Positions 17,163 to 29,726 of a stretch of DNA of 64,000 nt are shown one piece after another; the stretch's first letter is position 1, and each line of letters starts with the position of its first letter. This DNA is from the human T2T-CHM13v2.0 reference genome, Homo sapiens: the NCBI RefSeq assembly GCF_009914755.1, contig NC_060934.1. One strand, 5' to 3'. The notes beneath the pieces were generated by a model that worked only from the letters and a program-made list of their open reading frames with translations, had not been told where the DNA came from and ran no database searches. A program made the translations under genes and the position numbers.

Positions 17163-18450
17163 TCATATAAGAAAATATGAAAATATCAACAGAAAATGGA
17201 GGGCAAGTCCTGTATATTAGATTGACTAGAGATAGCTTAAAGAGGGTGTCGATCTTGAAGTATATTAATTATGTAATACTAAAACTATTTACTCAGTAGT
17301 TATAAATATTTTACCAAGTATATACAAGATGGAAGAAGGCTTTAGGCATTGTGGGGTTAGAGGAATTAATCTCAATAAATTTAGCATCTAGAACGTGAGA
17401 TGAAACATAAATATAATACAAAGTGGCAAGGAGAAAATGTGCTAAAATCTTAAAATACAGTGGGAAATCACTTGGTGGAATTCCAGGAGTAGAGTTGCAT
17501 GTATACATAGGAAATATCAATTTATCCACTAAACTGCCCTGGTAATATTTACTTTACATTAAGCCTACTACTTTTTTCTTTCAATTAGATGTATTAGTTT
17601 ATCAAACTATGTATGGGACAGTAAGTTTTGGTAATCAACTCTATTGCACAAGCATGTTCTATATTTGAAGTACATTCTTATCCGCAGTATCCAATTTCAG
17701 AAAAGCACTTGGGAATATCTATGGAAGATCTGTTTCCCACATTTACAATTATTATTATTGAGATATTAGAATATTACAGCTATTAGTTATTAAATTTTAA
17801 GTGATTAAAGCATGTTTCCTTATTTGCTCAGATAACTCTACTTTCTTCATGTATTAATATAATTTCAATTAATTGAATGCATCTAAGATTAAAATATAAT
17901 AAAACGGATATAAAAATCCGTTACATTATAACGGATGTTATAATATAACATCCGTTGTGTGTCTAGAAAATTAGTTTAAAGTAACTTCTTTGGAACACAT
18001 TTTAGAAGTTAAAATAGTCAGTTGAATCCATGTCTCACACTCAGTACACTCCTCCAAGCTCTCTGTATCTATTTTTATTCTTAATATCTAATTTTAGGTC
18101 TACTTCACAGTAGACAATTACAGATGGAAGCAATTTCTAAATTTTTAAACATGGTAAAAATTACCATTATCATTATTATTATTATTATATCTTATTATAC
18201 TCTTACAGAAAGCCCTTACTGGGAGATTGCATGATTTTTCCTAACCTTTAAACCAGCAGATCTTTCATCTTCCTTTAAAAGTCAAGTCACTGAGAACAAC
18301 AATCTTTATCTATAAAATGTCAATCGGATTGATAGTTGTAGCTCCAGATGCCATTCTTCAGAACTTATTGATCTCCTTGCTGTGCAGGCTGCTGAGTGAA
18401 TGAGTGCTGGAGCCATGAAGTCAGGACATCTGGGTTCCCACCACAGATAC

Positions 18451-18802
18451 TGATATGGTTTGGCTGTGTCCCCACCCAAATCTCAGCTTGAATTCCCATG
18501 TGTTGTGAAAGGGACCTGGTGGGAGATAATTGAATCATGGGGGCAGGTCTTTCCCATGCTGTTCTCATGATAGTGAATACGTCTTCTAAGATCTAATGGT
18601 TTTAAAAAGAGGAGTTCTCCTGCGCGAGTCTTTTTGCCTGCTGCCATCCATTTAAGATGTGACTTGTTCCTTCTTGCCTTCCGTGTGATTGTGAAGCTTC
18701 CCCAGCCACATGGAACTGTAAGTCCAATTAAACCCCTTTTGTTTTGTAAGTTGCCCAGTCTCGAGTATGTCTTTATCAGCAGCGTGAAAACAGGCTAATA
18801 TA
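18451..18802 (+). mobile_element. THE1 (THE1A-like) MaLR solo LTR
   Basis: TGATATGGTTTGGCTGTGTCCCCACCCAAATCTC start and a perfect 5-bp TSD GATAC (18446-18450, 18803-18807). Confidence 0.93.
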
Positions 18803-20024
18803 GATACTATGTGAGGTCTAGAATAACAGTTGCACCTGATTAAATTTCTGATTATTCACCCTGAGTCTCCAAGATATGTTCCCCTTCCACACTGACCAAA
18901 GTGGAAAGTTAAAAAAGGACATAATAACATAATCTCATATTTTTAAAGCAAAATGGTGATAGTAATCTGTGTTCTTCATAATTGTGGTATTGCTTTAGTG
19001 TTATTTTTGATAGGAAACAAAGAAAAATCCAAGGACTTCAACTTGGATATTTGTGCTGCAATAGCCTGTTGAGGTAATGCCAACTGCTATTATAGATACA
19101 TGTGAAAAATCTTACAACTTTACACCGTAAGTTTTCATTTCTCACTCATGGCACACTCTAGTATGGGTATTAGTAATCACATGGCTTTTTCTAAGAAACT
19201 CTAGGACCTGGGCTTTTTCCTCTGTGTGACCTCACTTCCTGTTAGTCTCTCAATTCAGTAGGCATTTGGGGAAAGAGAGTAGAAGACTGTGTCAGAGGAT
19301 TTTATGACTCAGGACTTGAAATAGAATATTCATATTTTCTTGGCCAAAACTCAGTCACATGATCAAAATTATCTGTAAGAGAAACACAATCCAGCTCTGT
19401 ACTCAGGGATTAAAGTGAAATTCAAACTAGAAAAATTACCTACGATAGATTTGGTGCACAGAAATCTTAAATTTCAACTGGCATCAATGTTAGCACAGAA
19501 ATATTTCAAAAGTTCCTGAAATATCTGGGTTGGGACCTTTCTCTTCCCAAGTAAAAATGAGTCTTGCTATATAGCTATAGGTCCTTTTGAGAAATACAGA
19601 ACAGAGATTCATCAAATGTCTGCATTTTTAGTATGTCGTAGCAATTCCTGCATTCCTCCTCAACTTACCTGTCATTTAATGAGCCCTTGGTCTATAAGCT
19701 GACTTAGGTCAAAGACTTTGATGAAGGTCTATTGTGGTGCAACCTGCTGCCCAGATCTGGGTGTATGAGAATATAACCATTTCAGTCCTACTGACCCATT
19801 GTCAATCCACTATAGCTGAAGATCCCTGTGAGGGACAGCATTCCATGCTGGTCTTGTTGCTTATTACAGTAGTTATGCCCATTTTATTTCTGGTGATCAA
19901 GTGAATCTTTTTTATCTCCAACACTTTTGGGTCCTTCTCACTGAAATTAAGAAAATATTTCAAAATCAGCATTTCCCTCTGTAATTTCTGAACCACAATT
20001 GGCCATCACCTAAGTACTTTATAA

Positions 20025-20332
<308 letters not shown>

Positions 20333-20369
20333 AGTACTTTATAATTTCTAAAGTACTAATGAGGATCTG

Positions 20370-20605
20370 ATGTAGAACAATGTGATTGTAGTTAGAAATA
20401 TTGCATTGTATACTTGAAATTTGCTAAGATGATAGATATTAAGTGTTCTCACCGCAAAAAGAAAAGAAAATGGTAACTATGTAAGGTGGTGGATATCTTA
20501 ATTAGCTTGATTGCAGTGAATATTATACAATGCATAGATATCAAATTGTACACCATAAATACATATAAATTTTAATTGCCAACTATCCTTCTATAAAACT
20601 CAAAT
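20370..20605 (+). mobile_element. L1MA-type 3'UTR fragment
   Basis: TTGTATACTTGAAATTTGCTAAG...AAGTGTTCTCACC...GGTAACTATGT motifs. Confidence 0.7.
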
Positions 20606-20694
20606 AATTTTTTTAATAAAAAAGTACTGAAAATGGTTTTCTTTCGGGGGGAATGATTGAATATGTATGTGATGGGTATTTCTTTTTTTATTTG

Positions 20695-21895
20695 AAAGTC
20701 ATATATTTGACAAGGGACTTTATCCAGAATATAAAAAGGACACTAACAACACAATAGTAAAAGGAGAAATAACCCAATTAAAAATCAGACAGAGATTTGA
20801 ATAGACATTTCTTAAAAAAGGACAATAAATGACTAATAAGCTCATGAAAACATGTTCAACATCTTTAGTCATTAGGGAACTAGAAATCAAAGCCACATTT
20901 AGGCAATATGGATAGTCCCCAAATTATGGTATTTCTTTCATTTCATAATTTTTCAATCTTACTATGAGTGTATTGGGACAAAACACTATTGCTAGTCAAG
21001 AAGTTTCTTACAATTTACTATGAGGTTACAGTTTCTACTGAATATGTATGGAATTTGCACCTTCATAAAGTCAAGAAATGTTAAACCATTTTAAGTTGGG
21101 GACTATGTGTGCTGCCAGCATTAAATGCATTTAACAATATTTTCTTCTTATGATGGATTTGTGGTGAGGTAACCCCATTGCAAGTTGAGAAGTGTCTGTA
21201 TTTCACACTCACTAGAATGACTGTAATATAAAAGAGCATGACAAGTGTTGGTGAGGACATGGAAACATTGGAACATTCTTACATTGCTAGCGGGAGTGTG
21301 AAATGGTGCAACCACATTGGAAAACAGTTTGTCAGTTTCTCAAAAAGCCAAACATAAAGTTGTCATATGACCCAGCAATTCCATTCCTAGGTATCCTCCC
21401 AAAATAAATAACATATATTCACACAAACGTATTTTCATTTGTGTGAATGTTGGTAGCAACAGTATTCATAGTAATCAAAAGGTGAAAAGAACCCAAACGA
21501 ACATCAGCTGATGATGGAATAAGCAAAATGCAGTATGTCTGTACAATGGAGTAATATTTGGCCACCAAAATGAGCAAAGCACTGAAATATGCTACAACAC
21601 AGGACCTTGAAAACGAAGCTAAGTAAAAGAAGCCAGTCATAAAGGACCACATGTTACACAATTCCATTTCTTGGCAATGTCCAGCATAGGTAAATCTCTA
21701 GAGATAGAATGTAGATTAGTGATTGCCTAGGCCTGGAGGAAGTGGCTGTTAATAGGTACAAGGTTCCTTTTTGGGATGATAAAAATGTTCTAAAATTAGA
21801 ATACAGTGATGTTTGCACAACTTTGTAAATATACTTAACTATTACATTGTACACTTTAAACAAGTGAACTTAGTGATATATAAACTACACCACTA
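20695..21895 (+). mobile_element. L1MB-type 3' end, interrupted by a Tigger MITE
   Basis: ORF2 3' motifs (TATGACCCAGCAATTCCATTCCTAGGT) and L1MB-like 3'UTR. Confidence 0.75.
20908..21200. mobile_element. TcMar-Tigger MITE (MER47-like)
   Basis: Interrupts colinear L1 sequence, is flanked by TA, and has degenerate TIRs (GATAGTCCCC.../...AACCCCATTGCAAGTTGAGAAGTGTCTG). Confidence 0.6.
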
Positions 21896-22777
21896 CAAAG
21901 TTGTTAAAGCACATTATTTGTCTTGATTACTGAGTGTTTTTGTGCCCAAAACCCCCCTTCTCCCACCTTAAATTTTGTCCTTGGGGAAAGTGCTTCACTT
22001 GCTTCATGTCCTTGGTTCAGGCCTGGGGAGTTAGGCTCCATTGTGTTTACTGCAGGGAACCTTTGAAAGGTTTTCAGCAGGGTATGATCAGGTTTGCCTT
22101 TGAGACATCTGGCTTGGGCTGCAGTATAGAGGATAGTCAGAGATGGGCAGTGACTGAGGCAGGAATGCTGCTGAGAGGTCATTCTGAGAGCTTCTCTCAT
22201 AATGAACATGGCATGAAGGTGGCTGGATAGAAGGAGAAATGGACAGAGCTTACACTGGGAGGGAAAAGTCTGGGGCACTTCTTAGGCTTCTGGGCTGGGT
22301 GACTTGGTGAATCTCAGTACAACTGACAAGGGCACAAGAGACGATGATTACAGTTTTGAACCTGGTTGAGACTTAGCTGCTTGTGGGGCACACAGAAGAT
22401 TATAAGCCACCATTTCTTTAGTAATTGTCACCCCCTGCTTAAACATTGTATGGCAATCTTCCGATCTTAAAATAAACTCCAGTCTCCCTGCTTTGGCCTG
22501 CCAGATCCTGTGCTGGAGCTCTGCCAACCTCTCCAGCTCCATCTCATCCTGTCTCTCTCTCTCTCTTTCTCCATCAACTCAGCCACTCAGGCTCCCTTTT
22601 TGGAACCATGCCAAGGAATGTATCTCTGGACCTCAGTACAAGCTCTTTCTTCTACCTGGCATCTTCTCTCAGCTCTTTTAAGGCTGGCTCCTATTGTTTT
22701 TAGCATCTCATTAGACTGTTGTATTTTAGTGAGGCCCCTAAAAAGGTCATCTGTACTTACTATTGATGTCATAACTC

Positions 22778-22848
22778 TGTGCGTTAGTTTTCTATTGCTG
22801 CTATGACAAATTACTACAAACTTGGTGGCTGAAAACAATACGAATTTA
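22778..22848 (-). mobile_element. MLT1 LTR end fragment
   Basis: TTAGTTTTCTATTGCTGCTATGACAAATTACTACAAACTTGGTGGC. Confidence 0.65.
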
Positions 22849-23087
22849 GTCAGGTGCAGTGGCTCATGCCTGTCATCCCAGTGATTTGGCAGGCTGAGGC
22901 AGGAGGATCACTTGAGCCTAGGAGTTTGAGACTAGCCTGGGTGGCAGAGTAAAACCCTTGTCTCCAAAAAAATAAAAAACTTAGCCTGGGATGCTGAGGC
23001 AGAGGGATCACTTGGGCTCAGGAGTTCGAGGCTGCAGTGAGCTATGATTGCCTCACTGTACTCCTGCCTGGGCGACAGAGAGAGACA
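22849..23087 (+). mobile_element. AluJ with an internal deletion and no A-tail
   Basis: AluJ-type GATCACTTGAGCCTAGGAG and GAGGCTGCAGTGAGCTATG. The start of the right monomer is missing. Confidence 0.85.
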
Positions 23088-24049
23088 TGCTGGGTATTTC
23101 TGAGGTGGTGAAACATTCTGTTTCTTGTTCTGGGTGGTGATTACATCACTATATTCTGTTTGGGTTCACCTAGTCTTCATTGTCTCCACCAATTTCTAAT
23201 GCCTTTATAAGTAATCACTTTGAAATGAGTTCAGCAAATTTTTTTTAGCTGTCCAGTGGAGCATTGACCTGTTGTGACCTAGAAAAAGAAAGAGAAGCCC
23301 ATTCCAATCATTTTTGGTGTATGTGTAGGTATATATATTTTTTCTTTTCTTTTTTGTTTAGGATTCTTGGTTGAAAATAGAAGAAATAGACTTTGGATAA
23401 ATTAAGTGTAAAGGAAATGCGTTGGAAGTGTGATAACTCACAGCATCAGGTGAATGGCTGAAATTGGGTTTGGGCAGTAAACTTGGCAGGTAAGGTATTG
23501 CCAACACTCCCACAGGATCATTCTTCTTAGCAGGGTGCTACCACCAGATGGACACTTGCCACTGTCTCCTCTGGCATAGCCATCTCTGGACCCCTTACCC
23601 CCACATAGTGGGGGACTCTGCTGTGTTTAGGCTGTAAGCCTCAGGCCAGTGGAACTTTCATTTCTTTTCTGCTCTCATGAGCAAAATTCTAATTGGATCT
23701 CTAATGATGCGTCCCCTCCTCAAGGGATGGATGCCTTGTTGGGAGCCTCTGGTCTGCTGTGTCCCACATTCTACATGCCAGAGTGGAGAAAGGCCTTAAC
23801 TATTCAACATGTATAAGTGCTGATGTCATTTCTATTAGGTTCCTGTCTGTTTATTTCATGTCACTGTCACACAATGTTTTTGAGTATCGTTCCCCTGACT
23901 AAATTTTTCCTGTATCTATATAGATTTTATTATACAATTTTGTATCACACTGTGCTTTTTAGGAATGTTTATTTCACATTACAGTACCATTGGTCACATT
24001 ATAATTATTCTGTCCCCTGTGTTCTCAGAGTCCTCACACATAGCATTGA

Positions 24050-25990
24050 TTAAGTTCTCAAAAAGCAGAAATTGAGATATAGTTGGGGTGCAACGTGTTT
24101 TTAGGGACCAACCCTTTGGAAAAGAAGGAGGAGGAAGCAGAAATGGGCCAAGGAGGAAGCGAAACTGTAGTGCAAGTTCAACGAAGCTTTAGAAGGGAAG
24201 CTGGGAAAGTATTGCTTATTAGTGTGTCCCCAGGAGCTGAAATGGCCAGGTCTTTATAGCCCTGCTTTACTCAGTCAAAAGATCTGGTTGTGGTGGTGGT
24301 GGCAGCAGTGGCCCATCTGGAGTGGCCCCTGCTAAGACGCCAGCTGCAGCCAGGAGGTGCAGCCGGGGCTGCAAGCTCCACAGAGCCAGTGGAAGTTGGG
24401 AATAGGCGGGAGCCTTACCCTGTTCCGAGTTGGTGGGGGGTGGGGAGGAGGGAGCCACACCCTCCCTGGTGCAGCTGCAGCTGCCCAGCTGTGGCTGTGG
24501 ACCCAGACATCTCTGAACCCTTGGGGTCCCCGGGAAGTCCCCTGCCCCAACAAGTCTCAGAAGAAGTGGTTTCTTCCGTTGCCTGGCCTTTCCCTGCTCC
24601 CAGCACCCACTCTGATTTCGGAGCAAAGTTGAGGCCGAGTCCGGGTGTTGTCACAACCTGACCAGGTGTGTGTGCACTCGGGATGGCGCCCATATGCCAC
24701 CCCCTGCTGTCTCGGTCTCCTCCAGACATTGGGCACTGACGAGCACGGGAGGGAGGCTCAAGGGGTGCTAAGGCTGGCTCTGCATGGGCCTGTAGGCACC
24801 CCTCTGCAGAAACAGCTTGGGCACTATGGACAATATGACTGATGGTGGCAGGAGGCATACAGGCTCCTGGGTGGAAAGAGGTGGGTTCCCAGTGAAGCCC
24901 CACCTTCAAGCCAGAGATGGCCTGAAGCCTGGAGGCCAGGCTGTCAGTTCCAGGTGGAGTCCCTGCCCAGAATAAGAACTTAAGGTGCCTTTTCTGGGCC
25001 GGCCCATGACTGCCCATGGACCATCAGCATGCACTTCCTCCCTTCTGAAGCCCATAACAATTCCTGACTCAGCCAGATTCACAGAGACATTGGGACTACC
25101 AGCTGTGGGAAGGACCTACCCAGTCCAGGTCTCCTCTCCACTGAGAGCTGAACACTTGTTGGGAATACCTGCCTGCAGAAAGGAGCTCCCCATTCCGGGT
25201 CTCCTGAGAGCTGTTCTGCTGCTCAGTGAAGGTCTTCTCCATCTTGCTCACCCTCCAGATGTCCATGTACCTCAGCCTTTCAGGACACAAGACTGGGAAG
25301 ACTTGGGACCCACAGAATAGTGGGACTGAAAGAGCTGTAACACAAACGAGGCTGAAACACACCCCCCCCAACCAATTCACCACATTGCAGGTGAAGAGAG
25401 AAGAGCTGTGGCCTTTTGGGGAGTCCAGACCTAGGGGCTCCCCAAGCCAGGGCTGTGACACCCTCTTTGGGGCTCTGTGGTTTCTGGCATCTCCAAGCTT
25501 CTGGGTGTCACCATGTTCACCTCATCCAGAGGCAGGTGCTTACAGTAGGAACCGCATGCAGTACATCTGGTCCAGGAGGAGCCTCACACAGAGCTGGCAG
25601 CTGCATTGGCACCTGGAGCTGCTCGGGCCACCATAGCAGCTGGCATGTCTGGCTGTGTGCAGTGGCCTGACCCCATGCTTGCTCACCCACACACCCCTTG
25701 CAGCTCCACACCTGGCTTGCCCTTGGCAGGTATGGGATCCAGACCAGTAGCATAAGCTGAGCACAACCTGCCAAGCAATACTCAGGCAGAAGGCATCACC
25801 AGCCACAGAGATTTATGCCTGGCAAAGTGACACCCCAAGGATCCTGTGACATTGGGAAGGGCGTGGGCTTGGGCAAGGTGGCTGTCTGCAGTTGAGGCAC
25901 ATCCCAAAGGAGTTGACAATGGGGCTGCCTGACAACCACAGTCCCTACAGTTGAGCGCTAAGGCCTTTCTTGAAGAGGAATATTGCTGAA
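24050..25990 (-). mobile_element. LTR16-like ERVL LTR split by a MER52-like LTR
   Basis: AAGCAGAAATTGAGATATAGTTGGGGTGCAACGTGTTT... on the left resumes as TTGGGAAGGGCGTGGGCTTGGGCAAGGTGGCT after 25851. Confidence 0.6.
24289..25851 (+). mobile_element. MER52-like ERV1 solo LTR (about 1.56 kb, GC-rich)
   Basis: GGTGGCAGCAGTGGCCCATCTGGAG start and GGCAAAGTGACACCCCAAGGATCCTGTGACA end. Confidence 0.8.
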
Positions 25991-26184
25991 ATATATCATG
26001 ATACAGACATTTATCTCTTCATCTCATTGTATCTTTTACATTGCTTTAAAAAACTTATTTTTTAAATAATTGTAGACATGCAATATACTACAAAATTGTA
26101 CAGAAAGAGCCTTGATTGACTTCACTTGCCTTCTCCTGAGGTTACTATCTTATATAACTCCCATACAATGATCAAAATCATGGT

Positions 26185-27237
26185 CTAAAACACGAAAAGC
26201 AATGGCAACAAAAACCAAAATTGACAAATGGGGTCTAATTAAACTAAAGAGCTTCCACACAGCAAAAGAAACTACCATCAGAGTTAACAGGCACCCTACA
26301 GAATGGGAGAAAATTTTTGCAATCTACCCATCTGATAAATGGCTAATATCCAGAATTTACAAAGAACTTAAACAAATTTACAAGAAAAAATCAAACAACC
26401 CCATCAAAAAGTGGGCCAAGGATATGAACAGACACTTCTCAAAAGAAGACATTTATGGAGCCAACAGACACATGAAAAAATACTCATCATCACTGGCCAT
26501 CAGAGAAATGCAAATCAAAACCACAATGAGATACCATCTCACACCAGTTAGAATGGCGATCATTAAAAAGTCAGGAAACAACAGGTGCTGGAGAGGATGT
26601 TGAGAAATAGGAACACTTTTACACTCTTGGTGGGACTGTAAACTAGTTCAACTATTGTGGAAGACAGTGTGGTGATTCTTCAAGGATCTAGAACTAGAAA
26701 TACCATTTGACCCAGCCATCCCATTACTGGGTATATACCAAAAGGATTATAAGTTATGCTGCTATAAAGACACTTGCACATGTATGTTTATTGCGGCACT
26801 ATTCACAATAGCAGCAAAGACTTGGAACCAACACAAATGTTCATCGATGATAGACTGGATTAAGAAAATGTGGCACATTTACACCATGGAATACTATGCA
26901 GCCATAAAAAGGATGAGTTCATGTCCTTTGTAGGGACATGGATGAAACTGGAAACCATCATTCTCGGCAAACTATCACAAGGACAGAAAACCAAACACCG
27001 CATGTCCTCACTCATAGGTGGGAATTGAACAATGAGAACACGTGGACACAGGATGGGGAACATCACACAGCAGGGCCTGTCGTGGGGTGAGAGGAGGGGG
27101 GAGAGATAGCATTAGGAGAAATACCTAATGTAAATGACGAGTTAACGGGTGCAACACACTAACATGGCACATGTATACATATGTAACAAACCTGCATGTT
27201 GTGCACAGGTACCCTAGAACTTAAAGTATAATAAAAA
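26185..27237 (+). mobile_element. 5'-truncated L1PA (L1PA5/6-like) inserted in an older L1M fragment
   Basis: ORF2 C-terminal peptide ([12 protein letters not shown]...RCWRGC, then a premature TGA), 3'UTR, short A-tail, and an 11-bp TSD AAAATCATGGT (26174-26184, 27238-27248). Confidence 0.95.
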
Positions 27238-28103
27238 AAAATCATGGTATTAACAATGACATAATACTATGAACTAGGCTACATGTCTTTGCCAAATTTC
27301 ATTGCTTGTTCCACTAATATATTTTTGCTAGAACAAACTTAATTCAAGATTCCATCTTGTGTTTATTCGTTATGAATTATGTTTCTTTTTTACATGTACG
27401 TACTTCTGTGTGAGATCCTTAATGGTGAGTACTCCTTACTTAAAGTGTTTGGCATATATAATTATTAGGCGAATAATTGTGAAATAAATAAGCCCTGCAA
27501 GCTTTTCAAGGGCAAGTCTTTATTTAAACTTAATTCTTAGTACTATACCCACAATTGGTATTCAGTTTGTTTAGTAATTCATTTAGGAATGAATGACATT
27601 GAAATTTGAAGTATATACATTGGGTACATCTAATGGGATAAGTAATACAAATTGAGCAAAAAAGTAGCCAGTTTCTTAAAACAACTTTTTAAAGCCACTA
27701 TGTTTGAAATAAGTAGAGAGCATAAATATAAGAGATAATAAAGCAAAACATAAGAAATACCTTAGGGAGATAATTTTGAGTTTTATTTTGAAATGTGTAA
27801 TTGGCATGGGATTAATAGAGAAGAGAGGGAAGTGAGTTTTGGAGAGGATGTATAAAGCCACAGAAGTACAAGACCAACATATGAGCACAAAATATGATAG
27901 TCCAGAAAAGAGGATATTTCTTTCTTTTTTGAAATCAGGCAGATAAAATTTATTAAAGACCCTCATCCAAATAAACAAGTAAGGCTTTTGAATGATAAAT
28001 GTCTTTTCTGATCTCATGTGAATTTTGTATGATTGATAGAAGTTTGCTTTTTGCTTTATTTCATCCACTTGTCCATCTATTCATTCATACATATATATAT
28101 ATA

Positions 28104-28374
28104 TTTTTTTTTTCTTTTTTTTTGAGACAGAGTTTCTGCAGTCTTGCCTCACTGCAGCCTCCACCTCTCAGGCTCAAGAAATTCTTATGCCTCAGCCTCC
28201 CGAGTAGCTGGGATTATCGGTGTACATCACCATGCCCAGATAATTTTTGTATTTTAATAGAGACGGGTTTCTCCATGTTGGCCAGGTTGGTCTCAAACTC
28301 CTGGTCTCAAGTGATCCACCCACCTCAGCTTCCCAAAGTACTGGGATTACAGGCGTGAGCCATCGTGGCTGGCC
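28104..28374 (-). mobile_element. Alu with a short internal deletion and a (TA)n-extended tail
   Basis: Alu dimer with TSD-like TCATTC(A/C)TAC at 28081 and 28375. Confidence 0.9.
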
Positions 28375-29299
28375 TCATTCCTACTTTTGATATCTCAGAA
28401 GTCTGTAATCATACAAACTAATTGCCTACTGGGAGAAGGCAGGTGGATTTGGAAATAATAATTCAGAGTGAAATGCAGATTTTCTTTTTAGTCATGTGGC
28501 TACCATAAAATATCATACAAGTCATTTAAAAAATCTCCAGTTTGAAGCACAATGTACCTGGTTAATCAGTGTAATAGAGGGATAGTAATTGCATTCTTCA
28601 GTTATTGATTTATAGAATATATTCATGATGCCAGTTGTCTTCTGAAGAGGGTGAACAATTGTCAACTACCCTCTTTTTATTCCAAATGCATAGTAATATA
28701 TTTATTTTTTCATTGGAAGACACAATTTGTTACCCGGCTAAGTGAATATTTTTTGATAACTCAAAATCTTGAATTTGGTTGCAAGTGACTGGAAAGCTTT
28801 GCTTTTTCTGGTGTGTGATGGCTCTAATAGAGTGAGATTTTAACTTAAGCTTGGCATTATCTTGGGTGAAAGGAATTAGCACCCTTAATGGAGCTACTTT
28901 CCTTCTCCTGAGACATTAATTCTCCTTCAAATGATCAGTTGAGAAGGCAGCCTTTAAGGACTAACTGGCATAATATTCAATGTTTTGTTTTTTACCTGAA
29001 AACCAACTAGTTGAAAGCCAACTGCATAGCCGGTAAAAAACAGCCAGATAATGTTAGAATGTTTATTGAACTTAAAATATTAGATCAATATTTCTTCATT
29101 TTTTAATAATGAAAACACTTTTGGTACTAGAAGACCCCTTGAACAACATGATTTTTTAAAATGATAATATTTATGAGGAGAATTTAGATGTATATGAAGT
29201 TGTGTTACAGCTCTGTTTGCTTACATTAAAAATTGGCAAACCTGTTTGATTTGGGAAGAAGTGTTCTCAGTCACAAGTATCAGTTGTGTGGCCTTTTTA

Positions 29300-29660
29300 C
29301 TTAACCATCCATATTTAGTCAGCTGTTAAAATGTATAAACCAAACTCCTCATTATCGCTTGCAACACTGCTCCCTCCTTTCTACATTCTGTGTCTCTATT
29401 AATGGCATCATAATCTGTGCAGTTGCTCAGATCAAACTCACAGTGTTGGTTATTTGCATGTGGGGTCACACTGGAAAATTTGTACACTGCACTTGTATCT
29501 TCCCTGGCATTTATCACTCTGAAATTTAACGCTTTGTTTAAGAGATGTTTCCCATAGAAGGTAGCATGTCTGCTTCTTAATTCTAGATCTTAGACCATTT
29601 TCTGGCATGAAATAGGCAATACATATCTGAGGAATAATTGCAGGATTAAATGAGTGAATA
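29300..29660 (+). mobile_element. L2 fragments
   Basis: CTCTATTAATGGCATCATAATC...GTTGCTCAG and the L2 tail TCTGGCATGAAATAGGC...AATGAGTGAAT. Confidence 0.5.
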
Positions 29661-29726
29661 ATTTATTTCTGTCTCATATCTAATTAGCCTCCAGGAGCTA
29701 TTGGTTTTACTTTTGAAATATCTCTC

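Noticed and set aside
18697-18709. PRDM9 hotspot motif in THE1
   Set aside because: The sequence is CTTCCCCAGCCAC, not the hotspot-associated CCTCCCTAGCCAC.
23541-23555. CTCF-like site CCACCAGATGGACAC
   Set aside because: An extra base breaks the GGC(A/G)C 3' core; insufficient support.
24267-25806. Cluster of overlapping 70-200 aa ORFs
   Set aside because: They lie within a GC-rich LTR with few stop codons and show no recognisable protein similarity.
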